Assembly: GCA_051362555.1 (NCBI GenBank)
Contig: CM120648.1
Coordinates: 5,328,587 to 5,392,586, forward strand
DNA length: 64,000 nucleotides
Direction of reading: 5' to 3'
Origin: Lingula anatina
Taxonomy: Eukaryota > Animalia > Brachiopoda
Below are positions 50,254 through 64,000 of the stretch, in pieces (the first letter of the stretch is position 1; every line of letters starts with the position of its first letter). The translations under genes and the position numbers were made by a program. Below the pieces are notes generated by a model. It searched no databases, was not told the origin of the DNA, and was given only the letters and a program-made list of their open reading frames with translations.

Positions 50254-53200
50254 ATTCCTCTCAGAGGTCACCAAATGTGATGTGTTTCTTTAAATGTGTC
50301 AATAAAATAGATCAACTGAATTAAAAAAATAAATAAGCAAGTAAATAAATACAGTAAGTTGCAATTTTTTGCTCAAAAAATGAAAAAGACAACCTACTGC
50401 TTCATTTTTTCCCCAAAAGTAACAAATTTTTATATAACGGACCACTTGACTTCTAAATGAATTGGAAGGGAAGAAATAAGTGTATCCTTACCCCTGTGAG
50501 TTAGCAGTATCAAACCTCATGAAGGGATGGCTGGTGTCGTGTTTGTCACTCATGTAGCAGTGGGAACACAGATCAAAGTCGTAACACTTGGCACACTTCC
50601 AGCGCATTCCTTGGATTCCCTGCTTCTTACAGGCATCACAGATGATATTTGGGTGTTTTACTCCTGGGAAGAATAAATTAAATGAACTAATAAATAAAAA
50701 TAAAATAATTTATAAATTATTTGAAATTTGTTCATTAGAATCACATACTTTACTTTTGTTTACACACCATAGGTAAATGACCCAGGTGCTTGACAAGGGT
50801 GTCTTAGTACTATATACACTGAGTCAAGTACAAAATAAAATTAAAAAAAAAAAAAACATAATTGGTGAAAAATAATATCTTCACTTTATCATTTGTTAAG
50901 GTGAATCATTTTGGCACAAGGGCAAGAAAACCAACCTTTGTTTGGAAAAATAAAGAAAAAAAGGAATTCTTCTTTAAATGGCAGTTCAAGTCATTTATTC
51001 TACAATTGGAAATCCTATATATTCCCCACCTCCAAGTTACAAACGGCAATTTTGTTCATAAGGCATGTTAGAGGTAAATTATCTTTTTTTTTTTTATCAG
51101 AGAAGAAAGCGCTTTCTTGCAATCCCTGAAGAAGCAAGCACAAAAGGCATGCAACACTACATGGTGGAGGGGGGGGGGGGGGGGGCTGGCACCCAAATAT
51201 CTCATTTTCTATTCAGGATAATCTGGAAGACTTCCATCTCTATTGTATGACAGCTACTGCTTCTACACTGCTAATACTGGGTACCTTGACATTAAAATCA
51301 CAGCAGATTACATCACTTAATACCTGATATTGAAGCCACTTTACTATGACTGGATCAATACTGTCTCCAGTGCTAAATCAAAATATGATGCGCTCACTTA
51401 GCTACAACTAAACTGTTCGCAATTAATGAGGCCCTTTCAGACATGTCCTACATTAAAACCTGTCACAAGTGTTGTTCTTGCTGACATGCCTGACGATTAC
51501 CTCCAAGGAGTTTACATTTTCGCTCCTTTTGTTTGTTTTTTTTTTGCTTGTTTGCAACATTATGCAAAAAAGTTCTTGTCTGATTTAGATGAAATTACCA
51601 AGATAGGTCAGATAAGTCAAGGAAAATTGATTGGATCAATGATTAATTTATGATTAATTATTAGTTAACAATGTCTTAGCAGATGTCTGCATTCTCAGTG
51701 CTTTTCTTCTTTGAATGTTTCTGATATTTCTTTTAAATACCAATTTGTAAGAAATTAAGAATTAGGTGTAAGACAATAGATCAATAAAAGCAAGCAGTTG
51801 CCTTAAATTTACAGCAGCATGATTATCTAGGTTTAATCAAAATAATATAATGTGAATTGGGCCTCTGTTATACTAGTGTAATGGGAATGCTGAGAATTTA
51901 CTGAAAACCCAATGAAAACCAATGTCATGATGAAATGCCAGCTAAACAACAATTTGGCAATTCCTCTCAAAAGATGCACATACTAGTAACCAGCTTTTAA
52001 CCAGCTTAAAAAAAGAATTCCCAAAATAATGCCTCACTTATAATTTCAGAAGACTCAACTCACAAAATCAAAATAGTATTAATTAATTTTTTAATCAAAG
52101 GGGGTAATTGATTACTGTTGTTCATATTGTTCTATTTACAGATTTATCCATGCATATATCACTGCTTTCCACCATCCTTTTTCTTTTCTTCATTTTAACA
52201 TTGCAGTGTCTGGTGTAAATGTTGTTTCATATGTCTGGATAACTACCACAGTCTAAGAGTAATATGTCATCAAGTTGGCAGCCAGGAAGCTCATGTTGAC
52301 TGTTTCTCATGTCCTTTATGAGTCAGACAAAGTTTGCCAAAGGTTCACCCTGTTTATTTCTGTTTTGCTTTGTTTTGGCCAACGTGACTAATTCTTGCCA
52401 ATTTATCTTGTAACTGGTAAAATATCAGTTATTTGCTTCAGAAAAATACCATTTACCAAAAAGTTTTGCTGTCAAAAAAAATCTGCAGTTCTTTTAAGTG
52501 AACCAGTTTGTCTCCATCAATTTTTGCTATGTCCTACAGAACCATCAATTCCACACCTATAATTTTTGTCACTGAAACCAATGTGCTTCCATCAGAATTT
52601 TGACCACACATTTTTGCCTTTTTTGCTGCAAAACTGACAAAGTAAGTAACAACTGAGCATTTCCGCTAAATGTGAAACGGGTCTACTAGTGGGTGCCAGA
52701 AAACAGAAGGAAAGGGGGGGGGGGGGGAGTCGCTTTTCGAGAAGCTGTGCCCAACCCTCCTCACTTGCCTCCTCTTCCCAAACATGTTAAAAGGAATCCT
52801 CCATTAAGCCTAAGATTATGACACATTCTGTTTTCATTAGGAAGAGTATCTTAATCTTATCAAAAATTCTGAAAAAAAAAATTTTTTTGAGTACGAGACA
52901 TTTCTAGGCAAAACATAAACATAATCCAGATGGCAATAAAAAAGGAATACAAGTCTGCAAATCTAATAAAAACTAGTTTTATTTCAGCAATTTGTCTGCT
53001 TTATGACAGCCTTAAAACATTCATATTGCTGGCAAAAGCACTACGTAATGCTTGCAGACAAATTGATTTCCTTTTGGTGGACTAGTAAAAACACACATAT
53101 GGCCGTCTGCCAGTGGTTACATAAAATACACTCGGGATATCTTGTAGATAACCCAAGTGCTGTTGTGCTTATAAAATTATGTAAGTTTATTTATTTTTTT

Positions 53201-54687
53201 TCATCATGGGAAAAAACAACCAGTTTCCTTTCTACTACAATACCTCCCAATCACTCATTTACATTACTTATGACAAATTGCAAATTTGCTTTATTTGCAA
53301 TATATCATATGTTGTCTTCATTATATCAAAGTTCTATAATATCTTCAGACATTTTAGTAAGTTTTTTTCTTGCTGTAAACCATTTCAATCTAAGCTTTTA
53401 TTTTAAACACATAAAGACTCCCTCTGGAGTAAGTGCGCAGTACCCAATACAATAGATTCACTGTGAATTCCCCCTTAATCTCTGAGCGATTCAAAGACTA
53501 TAGAAGGTGCGTTCAGAACCCATATCTAATCGATTTGTAACCCTCAGGCCTCAGGGGCCTCGGGGGGAGGGGGGGGGGGGGCTAACTGTGGCCAGTTCAT
53601 TCTGAACCTACTTCAGGATGAACCCAAAACAAGACATGGTAAGACTGATGGTCCTACAGGACCAGTCATAGCCGACGACTTTTTTTGAAGAACCAGTAGA
53701 AAAATGTGTTCAAAAGGAAATATAGGAAGCTTAACTGGACATACATATGATTGCAGGGGTTTTTCAAAAGTTTGAAGAGAACATCTAACAATTTATTTTG
53801 GTGGGAAAATCCCATGGAGAGGGAAAATCCCATGGAGTAGCCTTTTAACTCATGGACCACATACATATAATGCTCCCCAGACTTATAGATGTCAAGGTTC
53901 ACAGTTAGTCCATTTACTGGCTGGATTAGTCTACAAATGCTTTCAGTGAAAACAGCCCTTGGCGCCCCCTAGGGACCATTAGTGTGGCTCTCCCATCAAC
54001 CCATTTCTGCAAAAAAATTCTTGGAAACATGCACTCTATAAAAGCCATGAAATCTGAAGGTGGATTTATGTAAGATTTATGTAAGACCCAGAAATCTTGC
54101 CAGGTTTTTGACTGGCGAGTCCAAATTCATTTTCCTACATAAAAGCCAAGATATCTGAAGGTGCATTTATATATATATACATTTACATAAGCTTTATTAA
54201 GGAGCAGAAAATTGCCTATTGAGACAGACTGTTTTAAGTTTTTGGCCAAAAAAAGTTTAATTGTGATTTGTAACAGGAAATGTTCCAGATCAATACTCAT
54301 GGATGCAGCTTACTAGTACTGCATGTGAATAAATAGAGAGAAAAATTCAGACTCAATTCAGACTGTTACTATTCACATAATAGTAAGCATCAGCATCATC
54401 AATATCAATACCACCTTTCAAAAAATCATTTCATGTGAAACAGTAAAACTACTAGTAAACTCACCTATGGGTGCATTGTCAAGTATGCGTAAATCAAACG
54501 CTCCCTGGTAGCCGACCCGATAATTGGTCCTACTCCCAGAATCCCATTGTACAACAACAGTCTTATCTGGCGAGGTCTGGCTTCCTGGGCGCCCGATTTC
54601 CACCACGGTTCCCACGTGCCCCTCGCCATCGTCCTGGTTACTCCACTTCCAGTCAGGGCCGCGAACAACTCGCAGCCCTACCTCCAT
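41623..54687 (-). CDS. MIB2: E3 ubiquitin-protein ligase mind bomb 2 (18 coding exons, ~921 aa)
   Basis: Exons (- strand) 54687-54465, 50663-50492, 50171-50065, 49890-49696, 49352-49213, 48975-48865, 48483-48379, 48127-47959, 47689-47553, 47260-47112, 46690-46534, 46227-46073, 45638-45512, 45202-45100, 44848-44742, 44467-44292, 43704-43526, 41876-41623 join in frame (2766 nt). Domains: MIB/HERC2 ([12 protein letters not shown]), ZZ finger ([14 protein letters not shown]), second MIB/HERC2, two MIB repeats (QEGHGGW, QVGHGEW), ankyrin repeats, two RING fingers. Two RINGs fit MIB2; MIB1 has three. Confidence 0.95.
48090..48280. repeat. 81-bp tandem duplication covering a MIB2 intron-exon junction
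   Basis: cctatcttacctagggcctggaacatggacaa occurs at ~48111 and ~48192, with a third partial unit at ~48255-48280. The ORF track shows [16 protein letters not shown] twice. Confidence 0.92.
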
Positions 54688-55050
54688 CTTCAAATCCAGG
54701 CGTAAAAATGTTCCCAATGTAAAGTTTTTTCTGTGTATTTTCCGAAACTGTAGACGTATATATCTTATTTTTAATTATTTCCACAGGGAAGGTTCTTCGT
54801 TCTTTAAACAATGTTGTATGTAGACTGTTGGTTTTTTTCTTTTTTCTGCTTTCCTACTTCTGTTGAGAACACGCCCTATTAATTAGTAGCAGCCTCACCT
54901 CTGAAAAGATACAAAATCATGATAAATAAGATATATATTGTAATGCTTCTCAAACTATGCTTCATCCCCTATGTACCTTTAACCAGCAGTACTAGTACTT
55001 ACCTTATGGTACTAGTAGTACTTGAATTCAAATACTAATACACAAAATTA

Positions 55051-55292
55051 ACTACAAAGTGCATTTGGATGGAATATTCACACCTAGTTCTGAATCCTCC
55101 CAGTCCATTCCAGTGGAAATCGTCGAGACACAAACACCCTAACGGAGTTAGATTCAAACACACATAACATACTAAAGAGTGCATTATGATGGAATATTGG
55201 CACTTCATTACAAATTCTCCCAGTCCATTCCATTGGAAGTCATCAAGGACACGAACACCTCAACAGACCGTGTTCCTAGATTCACATAACAT
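55051..55292. repeat. Diverged 120-bp tandem duplication upstream of the MIB2 start exon
   Basis: agtgcatt..gatggaatatt..ctcccagtccattcca.tggaa at 55051 and 55171. Confidence 0.8.
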
Positions 55293-56346
55293 CCCAGTTG
55301 GGTGTCGGGTTAGCTTGTTTCAATAGCTGCCTGAGACAATTAAAACGTTAAGCATCATCAGTGTAAGACTCTGTGAGAAATGGCACTGGACTGATGTAAC
55401 AATTAATTGACTGCATGATCTCATCCTGGTTCTGAACATATCCTAAATCAATACTGCACTTGCTCTGAAATACCACCACTTTCTCTGAAATACCAGATCA
55501 CGATTAGAACATCAAATATAGAGGAGAATGACACTTTCTAGGACCTAAAAAAAAAAGAACGATTAATTTCCAGTCATTTACGGTGATTTTCTGCACACAT
55601 ATTGAAGTTGATTAGTGCTTGGGTTAACGAGAGGATTGGAGATGTTCACTACCAACAGTGATATCAATACAAGGGTGATGATTCAATGCACTGAATCACT
55701 TCAACAAACCAAACCAAAATTAACATTTTGATGTCAAACTAGCAGGCTTACATAATTTCAATATGCATTAAAGTCATAAATCCTGCTCCATTCTATCCAC
55801 TACTACCTACTTTCAATGACTCCTTCACACCTCAGGGTGATTTCAGTTGAGAGTAAATAGTTAAAACTCTTATTTTGACAAAATGTCAATAATTATTTCT
55901 CTCTTTTATAATCTTTACCCTTATTTAAGTATTTCAAATTATCACTTAAGTACCAGTCTCTGTAAGAATCAGAAAAATAACATAGGGGCATTGGAACATG
56001 ACCCTCCCAGATTTTGTTTTCTTTTAATTTACTGTGAAGAACTATGCTAAAAACTAATAAATTGAGCCCGAAAAGTTGCATATTTAAAATAATTAATTTT
56101 TTAGAGCGTTTTATATTTAAGCCTGAAATTTTTCTCCCATATGCTTTTCTATATAAAATGTTCAGGTAACCCCATATTCACTGACAAATAACTCGTATGG
56201 CCGACGTAGTTATGTAAGATGGCTATACAAGATGTTTACAGCATATATTCAGGTACCAAAAAATGAAATAAATTTTTTTTCAAAACACAAAATGGTTAAA
56301 TTACATTAAAAACAATCAACGCTAAAACTACGCGAAAAAGACCATC

Positions 56347-56572
56347 TGCGCATGCGCAGTAGCGGTGACTGCTAAACTACGAACTCATTCAGATGTAAAT
56401 AAATTGAATTAAGGTTATTTATCTCATGAAATGGATATTTTTTGGATAAATGGCACTTGTTTTCTGGATTATTTATTGCTTGGATTGTTTTTATGCTGAC
56501 CGGTGTGTAGTATTTGTTTCCGCACATCGTTTTTTTTATATACAACATAACTAATTTTATCCAAGATGGCGG
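56347..56572 (+). promoter_or_regulatory. Promoter-like motif pair (NRF1 palindrome and YY1 site)
   Basis: TGCGCATGCGCA at 56347-56358 and CCAAGATGGCGG at 56561-56572 in a locally CpG-enriched patch. Function is not shown. Confidence 0.4.
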
Positions 56573-57149
56573 GAGCTCTGATTGCCGTCGGTTTCGTATG
56601 TGGAAGGAGAATGCACACAGTTATTTATTTACGGCATGATATGCAATTTTTCATAAGTTACCCACAAGAAAGGACTGGTAGAACTTTATGGTCGTAAATA
56701 ATCGGCACTACTAACTACGGATATCAAGAAAACTACCAGGTACATGTACCACTGTGAAAACCTCGTCTTCTCCCTCACGTGCAGCTGCCGTTAATATCCG
56801 ATATAATCGACAAATAAGTAAAGCACTGTCAGTTACTATACTCTAAATTACAGTCAGTGTTAACTTTGATACAGGCTTTCTAATAAAGTTTTGATGTTCA
56901 ACGTGAGTTTGTGTTTGACGGCTATTTACTGCTTGAGTATGGTCTACCTCCAATTTAAAACAGCGCCCTGTAAGGCCCGTCGTGCCCTCTCAGGTACTTG
57001 AAGTCGATAACAGAACAGATTACTTGAATACTTAATATATACAGTAGAAATTGGTACTCATACAAGTGGAAGAGATTTCTAGTTCTTCACAACCAGGATT
57101 CTAAATAAAAAAACTTGTAAAATAAAATAGACATGTAAAAGATATCTGT

Positions 57150-57295
57150 CAATAATAATAATAATATTCTTATATGGTGTCTTACGTGCTACCTCAAGGC
57201 GCCTTACAATAATATAACTAAAATCATTAAAAAATCACTACAATATTTAAATCTGAAACAATTGGAAACCATTTAAAATTAACACTACTAAAAAC

Positions 57296-57336
<41 letters not shown>

Positions 57337-57600
57337 AAGAGATATAGACAGATTTAAAAATGTGAGTTTTAAGAAGGGATTTAAAACTGTCAAAGTCGTC
57401 TGCTTTTCTAATAAAATTTGGTAAGGCGTTCCATAATTTGGAGGCATAGATTATAAAAGCCCGATCTCCATAACTTTTGAGGCACCCCTTCTCTAAAATA
57501 GACTGTTCTAAAATAAGGTCATTCTCAGAATTAAAATGTGTGCACCGCCTTGGTCAGTTAAAACAGATAGGATCAGATAAATATAATGGTCCTTGTGTAT
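57150..57600 (-). mobile_element. 3' end of an L2/CR1-group LINE nested in the TTAA element
   Basis: Reverse strand translates SYGDRAFIIYASKLWNALPNFIRKADDFDSFKSLLKTHIFK (typical L2-group RT C-terminus), followed by tgtaaggcgccttgag..ccatataag and an (ATT)n tail. Confidence 0.85.
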
Positions 57601-58779
57601 GTATCACCTTAAAAATAATACAAATACAAGCAGCCAGTTTTATCCTTTCAGAATGGGAGTGATATGGTGTGTACTATTGCACTTTATTTGACAAACCAGT
57701 CTTGCAGCTCAGTTTTTCTCGGAAAGATATAGCAGTACATTAGATTTTCAGTCACAAAAAATACTAAATGAGAAAACAAGTTAGCATTACTTTATAAGCC
57801 TTGATAATCATGCTATTTGTATTAAAGACTCACCTAATCAAGTCCTGCTTAGTATAATGCTCCCACAGTTTTGATATTATAAAGTCTGTGTTATCCATAC
57901 ATTTTTCTCATATTTCTTCACTGAAAACTAGCAGGTGACCTAACTTTACTCTTTACATTAAAATTTTAAATAGTAACTTAAATAGGGGAAATTATCATAA
58001 TGATACTTTCTACCTGATTGTAACATGCCAAATTAGTCCTCAGTGTTGAGGCAGATGTTGGACTAGTCAAAATGTATGATCATGCATGATTCTCGAGACA
58101 AAATGCATCAAATACTATCATGTTGAGGCACCCTTAACATTGATAACTGCTTTGCATTGATATCACAACTTCTAACAGTGTAGCTGGTTACCAATGGACT
58201 TTACCTACAACAAATATTCTTACAAATAAGTTGTATACCAAAAGAAAATTAGCAAAATTAATAAATTATGAACATTTTAGGGCAAGGAGCATGAGGGAAA
58301 ATATATATTGGTATTTTAAGTTTGTGACAAAAATGCTGAACACCATAACAAATATTCATATAATTTACTACTATGTAGAGAAAATGCCTCATTTTCTTTC
58401 AAATAAGAAAGACTAAAATGTTTTAATTCACTGTGACTTGTTTAAAATATATTCATATACAATTAAAAGAATCAAATAAAAATGTTAACTAATCTGGGGT
58501 GGGCACTGCTAAATCCATGCACATTATAGATAGTAGTTTATGGATAGGGGAATTTTTTTCCTGGACAGTGGTAGAAGGTCCACAAGAGATTGAAACTGAA
58601 GCTGAGACTGGTAGGAGATATTTCTCAACTATTGGATGTCAACCAAAAGAATACCACCACATTGCTGTTATTGTATGACCTTGAAAGATTAACACCCATT
58701 GTCCCACTGTGAAAATTCATCATTTTAAAGTTTTTTTTAAAGATCACAAAAATATTTACCTGTGTGCTTTTGACTAAAT

Positions 58780-60030
58780 CAAGTTATTTAGCAGGACACA
58801 AGTACAAAATTTGTATTTTAATCCATTTTTAAAGCAGAAATAGCGAAAAATGGAAAATTTGGTTGACGCCATCTTGAATTGTGAATTTAAAAATTTGCAT
58901 TTTTTTTTAATGTTTGAAAAAAGATTTTTTTATAATATTAACTCAAAACATTTACTTATAATGTTTGACAATATTAGGTGGGTTTGGCCAGTCTATGAAA
59001 AATGTATTTAAAAATGGCAAAATTTGGGCATTTTAGCTAAAATTTGAAATTTTGGAAATCTGCCATTTTTAGAGTTGTTTTTCTAAATTTTTAGGACTGT
59101 TTAAAATATTAAGTAATATGCATTTGACTTAATCAAGATATAATATTTAGCAGGATACTAAAATGAAATGTGTGTTTTATCCATGCTTGTTTAGTTTAAA
59201 GCAGAAATAGAGACATTTTGCCATTTGATTGCCGCCATCTTGGATTAAGAATTTTAAAATTTGAATAATTTTTTGAAAAATGTGTTTGAAAAAAATTTTA
59301 TTTTTGATTAAAACAGTTCAGTATATGTACTTCCTTATGTAATGTATGTCAATAATAGGTGGCTTTGGCCAGTGTATGAAAAGTGTATTTGAAAATGGCA
59401 AATTTGGGCATTTTAGCAAAATTTTGAATTTTTGAAAATTCCCCATTTTCAAAGTTATTTTTTTTATTTTTAAAGGCCAGCAAAAAATAATATTTTTTAT
59501 GTTTTTCAATTAATCAAGATTTGGGATTTAGCAACATACAAATATAAAATATGTGTTTAACCATGTTTGTTATTTTTAATATACACAAATATGTAAAATG
59601 TGCAATTTGGTTGCCGCCATCTTGGATTAAGAATTTTAAAAATTGAATAATTTTTTGAAAAATGTGTTTGAAAAAAATTTTATTTTTGATTATAAAAGGA
59701 CAGTACTTGTACTTTCTTATGTAATGTATGGTGATAATAGATGGCTTTGGCCAGTCTATGAAAAATGTATTTGAAATTTGCAAATTTGGGCATTTTAGCA
59801 AAAATTGGAATTTTTGAAAATTCCCCATTTTCAAAGTTATTTTTCTAATTTTTAAAGGCCACCAAAAACATTTATTTATATGTTTTTAGTTCAAATAGGA
59901 TATGATATTTAACAATGTCTGAAAATGAAAAATGTTTATTTATCCACATTTATGGTTTTTTTAGCTCAAATATAGCTGAAATTGAAATTTTGCAATCTGG
60001 ATTCCGCCATCTTGGGTGAAAATTTTTAAG
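58780..60030. repeat. AT-rich satellite-like array, ~365-390-bp unit, ~3.5 copies
   Basis: cgccatcttg recurs at ~58867, 59234, 59616, 60005; tttggccagt.tatgaaaa..gcaaatttgggcattttagc occurs three times. Confidence 0.88.
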
Positions 60031-61273
60031 TGCTGTTACCATGGCAACCGAGGGTGATTCAAACAAACCAATATCCATTATGTTGGTTTGGGGCTATAAT
60101 GAACAAATACACCAATTTTCATCAAAATCTGAGAGGGTCATGTGCCACCCTATTCTGAACCTTACAGAGACTGCTACTTAAATTTCCTCATGCTTACCTT
60201 GGTAAAACACAGAGCAGCCTTGTTACACTGGCCCCCAACTTCACATTTTTCCCTTCTCAGGACCAACTACTATTTACTAAATAAATCTCGAGTTACAGAT
60301 AGGTTCTTCACCATCCAGCCAAATTATCAAATTCTAATATTTAAGTGATCAAAAAGTCAAAGTCCAAGTACAAATCTATTCCATTTACTGTGGGATCACC
60401 ACTACCGCTCCGTTCATAAAACAATATGTGCATGTATGATAAAGCCAAATTACAAGACATCTGCTGAGGGAGTGTCTCAAAAACATGGGATTGTATCATA
60501 CTTATATATTACAATATTGCACATAATATTGTCACATGCATGTACTATAAGGATACACCATCTGTAGATAGGTGTTTGGCTTTTAAAGGGAATGTGAGCA
60601 GTTTGCATGAATCACTATGTTTTTCCAAGTCTGTAATTTGTAAAGGTATGTTGAAAAGAGTTTACACATATCTACAGATACTGTGAAAAGCATTCAATCT
60701 CGGGTCCTTATGAAAATGTCATTGAAAGCAATGTTATCAGTGCCTATGAAACTTAGAAATCTCTTTCCACCATGCTTTCTCTCCCATCCTCTCTGAATTT
60801 ACTTCCTGCCCCACCTTCTTCTTTCCCCCTCCTTTCCTTCCCTCCCTGTATTTTCTTTTTCTCTCTATCCTCTTCTTTTATTCCTAACCCTCTCTCTCTA
60901 ACCCTCTCTCTCTATATATATATCTGAGTATTTTCATCTGCTCTCTATCCTCTTCTTTAACTCCAAAACCTTTTCCTCTCCCCAAACTAGCTTTAGCTCC
61001 CAAACTTACCATCACATCTCCTCGATAATTCACCAGTTCTGTTTCTAAACATCACCTCCCCATCTCAGCAACATCCATTGCCTATTATGCAAAATTACAG
61101 GCACTTTCTGGTGTATTGGGAGAGCGTTCCCAATACCCATGACAGGGAATTATGTTCAATTATGGGACTTATCCATAAAAATATCTGCTGCATCAACAGA
61201 ATTTCACTGAATTTGAGTCCCCAAGTGAGTGCATGGGTCTGGCTGATAAAAGGACGTTAGTTCTCCAGGAAGT

Positions 61274-61398
61274 CATTCAGAACAGAAGATCCGAGGATCC
61301 ACGTGTGGAGGCAGGGAGACTATCAGCTCTTATTTGATGTAGGGTCTGCCATATTTGATCTGTGGATCAGTGGATCCTTGGATCTTCTGCTCTGAATG
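61274..61398. mobile_element. Internally deleted copy of the CATTCAGAA foldback MITE
   Basis: cattcagaacagaagatcc / ggatcttctgctctgaatg termini; shares cacgtgtggaggc.gggagac and gccatattt..tggatcagtg with 4855-4945. Confidence 0.7.
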
Positions 61399-61476
61399 GA
61401 ATCAATCACTAGCAAAACAGGTACGACCTCACACATGCATGCATAAACACATGATATGAGAAGTTCTTCAACTTTT

Positions 61477-61514
<38 letters not shown>

Positions 61515-62028
61515 CTTTTCTAACTAGTAAATGATTGAGTGTCCATATGTGTTCAAAAGTATAATATTATACCATGTAAAAACTTTTGCATACAGGCATA
61601 TTGTAAAACCCATATATTAAATTACCACCAACCTTAATCTCAAATATCCTAGAGATGTACCAGCTACTCTATGTCCTAGACAAAGAGGGCGAGTCCTCAA
61701 CCAGATCTCTCACCCAGTTAATGATATTGATGACATTGACAACAGGACATTCAGTCTCCTCCTTCACAGCTGTCTCTCAACCTACAGACCTTCCTATCTC
61801 TCCAAACATCTTAATCAGTTCATATTACTAGTGCACCAACAGCCATGGGCACTAATTAACTCCCCATTAATTACCAATTAAAGTCTGATCCCTTCATTTG
61901 TTGTGAATAAAAGCTCCTAGAGGTGTCATTATTAAGTATAAACCTCATCTAGCCCCTATTGTACAAGTGCTAGGATGGTTTGTTAATGACTTAATCTCAT
62001 CATGACCCAAGAAAAAGACAAGCCTTCT

Positions 62029-62072
<44 letters not shown>

Positions 62073-62703
62073 GGTTGAGAACTTTAACTATATTGACTAA
62101 AAGCATAGGTGGCAAAGGTTTTCCTGAAAGTGAAGATTTGTATTTAGGGATGGCCCCTGGAAAACAGTATTTTAAATTTCATTTACAATGTTGATTGTTC
62201 TTAAAAATTAAGGATTCTAACTACAAAATTGAGAAAGAGAAATTAAGGAGATATTTCACATCCTGGTCATCATTAATATATTATTCTTTATATGAGTCAC
62301 TAAATTAATATATAGTCTACAAATTAAAATAATTACAAAAGGGGAAAAAGATAATTATGACCACAAAATATGCAACAACGTGGCAAGTACAACTAATATG
62401 GTATGCATACATTTATAACAGCAGGAAATGTACTGAAAGAGAAGTGAAATACATGATAAGATACAAACCAGGATGCGCCTGGTTGAAATTTAAGAAATTT
62501 CTTTCCACAAATATTTTAACCCCAAAAGGCAGCATGTGGAAATGGAAGGAAAAAGACACTAAAACCATATATTGTCAAACTATACCACAAAAAGTAGAAA
62601 TTATACTATAAAATACATTATACAAAGAGAAACTAGCATCCTGTCAATTTTAACTGCAACCTAAAGGCATGACCAATGGCAAGTTTTGATAACTCATTTC
62701 TGA

Positions 62704-62745
<42 letters not shown>

Positions 62746-63508
62746 TATTATTATTATTATTGCAAGTAAAAAAAAAAAGTAGGACTCTGCAATTAAATAA
62801 CACAAGAACTTGAGAGGAGCATCAAAACACACACAAAAAAGAATAGTTGCAGATAAAGTTAAAAGTTACAAAAAACTCAGGTTAATAATTTTGAGGTTAA
62901 AAAATTTGTTCAGACCACATCGACCACCCATCATTCCAGGCATGTGTGAATAAGCAAGAACAGGTTTTATTTCAGATTGAAAAACAAGTGGCTGTCCCAC
63001 AGGCAAATAATTAGTCAAGTAATTCATTTTATTGACCCAGGGCACTTCCCTGAGAGAGCAAGTGCAATGCAGGTGGTCCACATCATAATATTGAACCTCA
63101 CTATCTATACAGACTTGTGTAGGAGGCGGTGTGGGTTGTACAGGTATTGATCAGGACTATCTCCTGGACATTAATGCATTATTACATTAATTCATGTATC
63201 AACACATTGATGAAACAAGAGCCTGCTCGTTGAGTCCAGTCCAAGTTGTTTAGGCCCTATTTTGATAGACACATTAACTAGTTTGATCCATCTAACACTG
63301 TGGGGGATTCTTGTTGAGTGCAATCATTGGAATCTGCCTAATTGTCTGACACGCCTTCTTTAACAGTTAGGGGTTAATTGACTTTTTACTAGCTGCTTGA
63401 GAGAGCCTGTCATTCAGTTAAGCTGATCCCCTGCAGAGTTGGACCGTCCTTCCTAGTATGATGTGTCTATGGGTGCTTTCCCAGAGATTTAGATCGATCT
63501 AGAGATAA

Positions 63509-63682
63509 AGATTTAGATCGACCTAACTCCCTGGGGGTTCACGCTAAATTGCAGTCAGCCGAGCGGGCACCATAGTTAATTACCCCCTTACAGCTTTTAG
63601 TAGGCGGGACAGACGCTTAAGCCGGCCAAGCTGACAGTAATCTAGTGAGACTCCCCACAGGGATAGATTGATCTAAAAATCT
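63509..63682. mobile_element. Hairpin MITE (gatcgatcta family)
   Basis: ~50-bp imperfect inverted arms agatttagatcgacctaactccctgggg..gtcagc / gctgac..ccccacagggatagattgatctaaaaatct. Confidence 0.65.
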
Positions 63683-64000
63683 ATGGAAATGGGGTGTATC
63701 TCATTGCTCCCTTTGATTCTATAGTGGCTAAGTAAATGTTCAGATTCATGGGCTGCTGTCATATCACTTTAGTGTTATATGATGTCATCCAGTAAGTACA
63801 TTCATTCACATGCAATTTAATTGTTTTAAGATAAGCAGTATGTCTATGTACTGAATACTCCACTCTGAACAAGAATATTTCCAGGGATCTTGTAATTTAT
63901 ATTTTTCTAGCTTTTTCACAAAGTTACTTCAAATAAATAAATAAATAAATAAATAAATAAATATATATATATAACTTGCCGAGGATCAACTCAAATTCCA

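Larger units (their letters stand above)
55950..60177. mobile_element. 4.2-kb TTAA-flanked TIR element, decayed (Kolobok/piggyBac-type target site)
   Basis: TTAA(55946-49)-gtaccagtctctgtaag..tcagaa..catgaccctcccagattttg is the inverse of caaaatctgagagggtcatg..ttctga..cttacagagactgctac-TTAA(60178-81). No intact transposase ORF. Confidence 0.72.

Noticed and set aside
53003-53455. 150-aa ORF in MIB2 intron 1, and many other 60-150-aa ORFs in the track
   Set aside because: AT-rich, no recognisable motifs or splice context; consistent with chance ORFs.
56567-56760. THAP-like remnant (FHKLPTRKDW) after the YY1 motif
   Set aside because: Too short and broken by stops to support a transposase call without a search.
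60035-60048. RFX X-box-like GTTACCATGGCAAC
   Set aside because: Lies in the subterminal region of a transposon-like element; no evidence linking it to a host promoter.

Overview
AT-rich, intron-containing animal genomic DNA. An invertebrate origin (mollusc/lophotrochozoan-like) is inferred from gene content, not proven. The + strand carries three tandem, apparently intact paralogous genes (368-12923, 18335-25530, 31126-38117). Each encodes a ~700-aa membrane guanylyl cyclase with the architecture N-tail, TM1, NIT-like (nitrate/nitrite-sensing) domain, TM2, coiled coil, class III cyclase, and no kinase-homology domain (NIT-GC type). A complete 18-coding-exon mind bomb 2 (MIB2) E3 ligase lies convergently on the - strand (54687-41623). 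All four exon chains were hand-built and stay in frame. The rest contains several MITE families, RTE and L2 LINE tails, a 4.2-kb TTAA-flanked element, and mini/microsatellites. Main observations: (i) a 40-bp VNTR multiplies the first splice donor of paralog 2, with the in-frame donor being GC and the only GT copy out of frame; (ii) the catalytic Asn is Ser in all three cyclases; (iii) the sensor domain of paralogs 2 and 3 is more conserved than the cyclase, with patchy conversion-like tracts; (iv) intron positions differ between paralogs; (v) further tandem duplications span splice sites; (vi) a candidate 24-nt MIB2 microexon. No database searches were possible, so family names rest on motif recognition.
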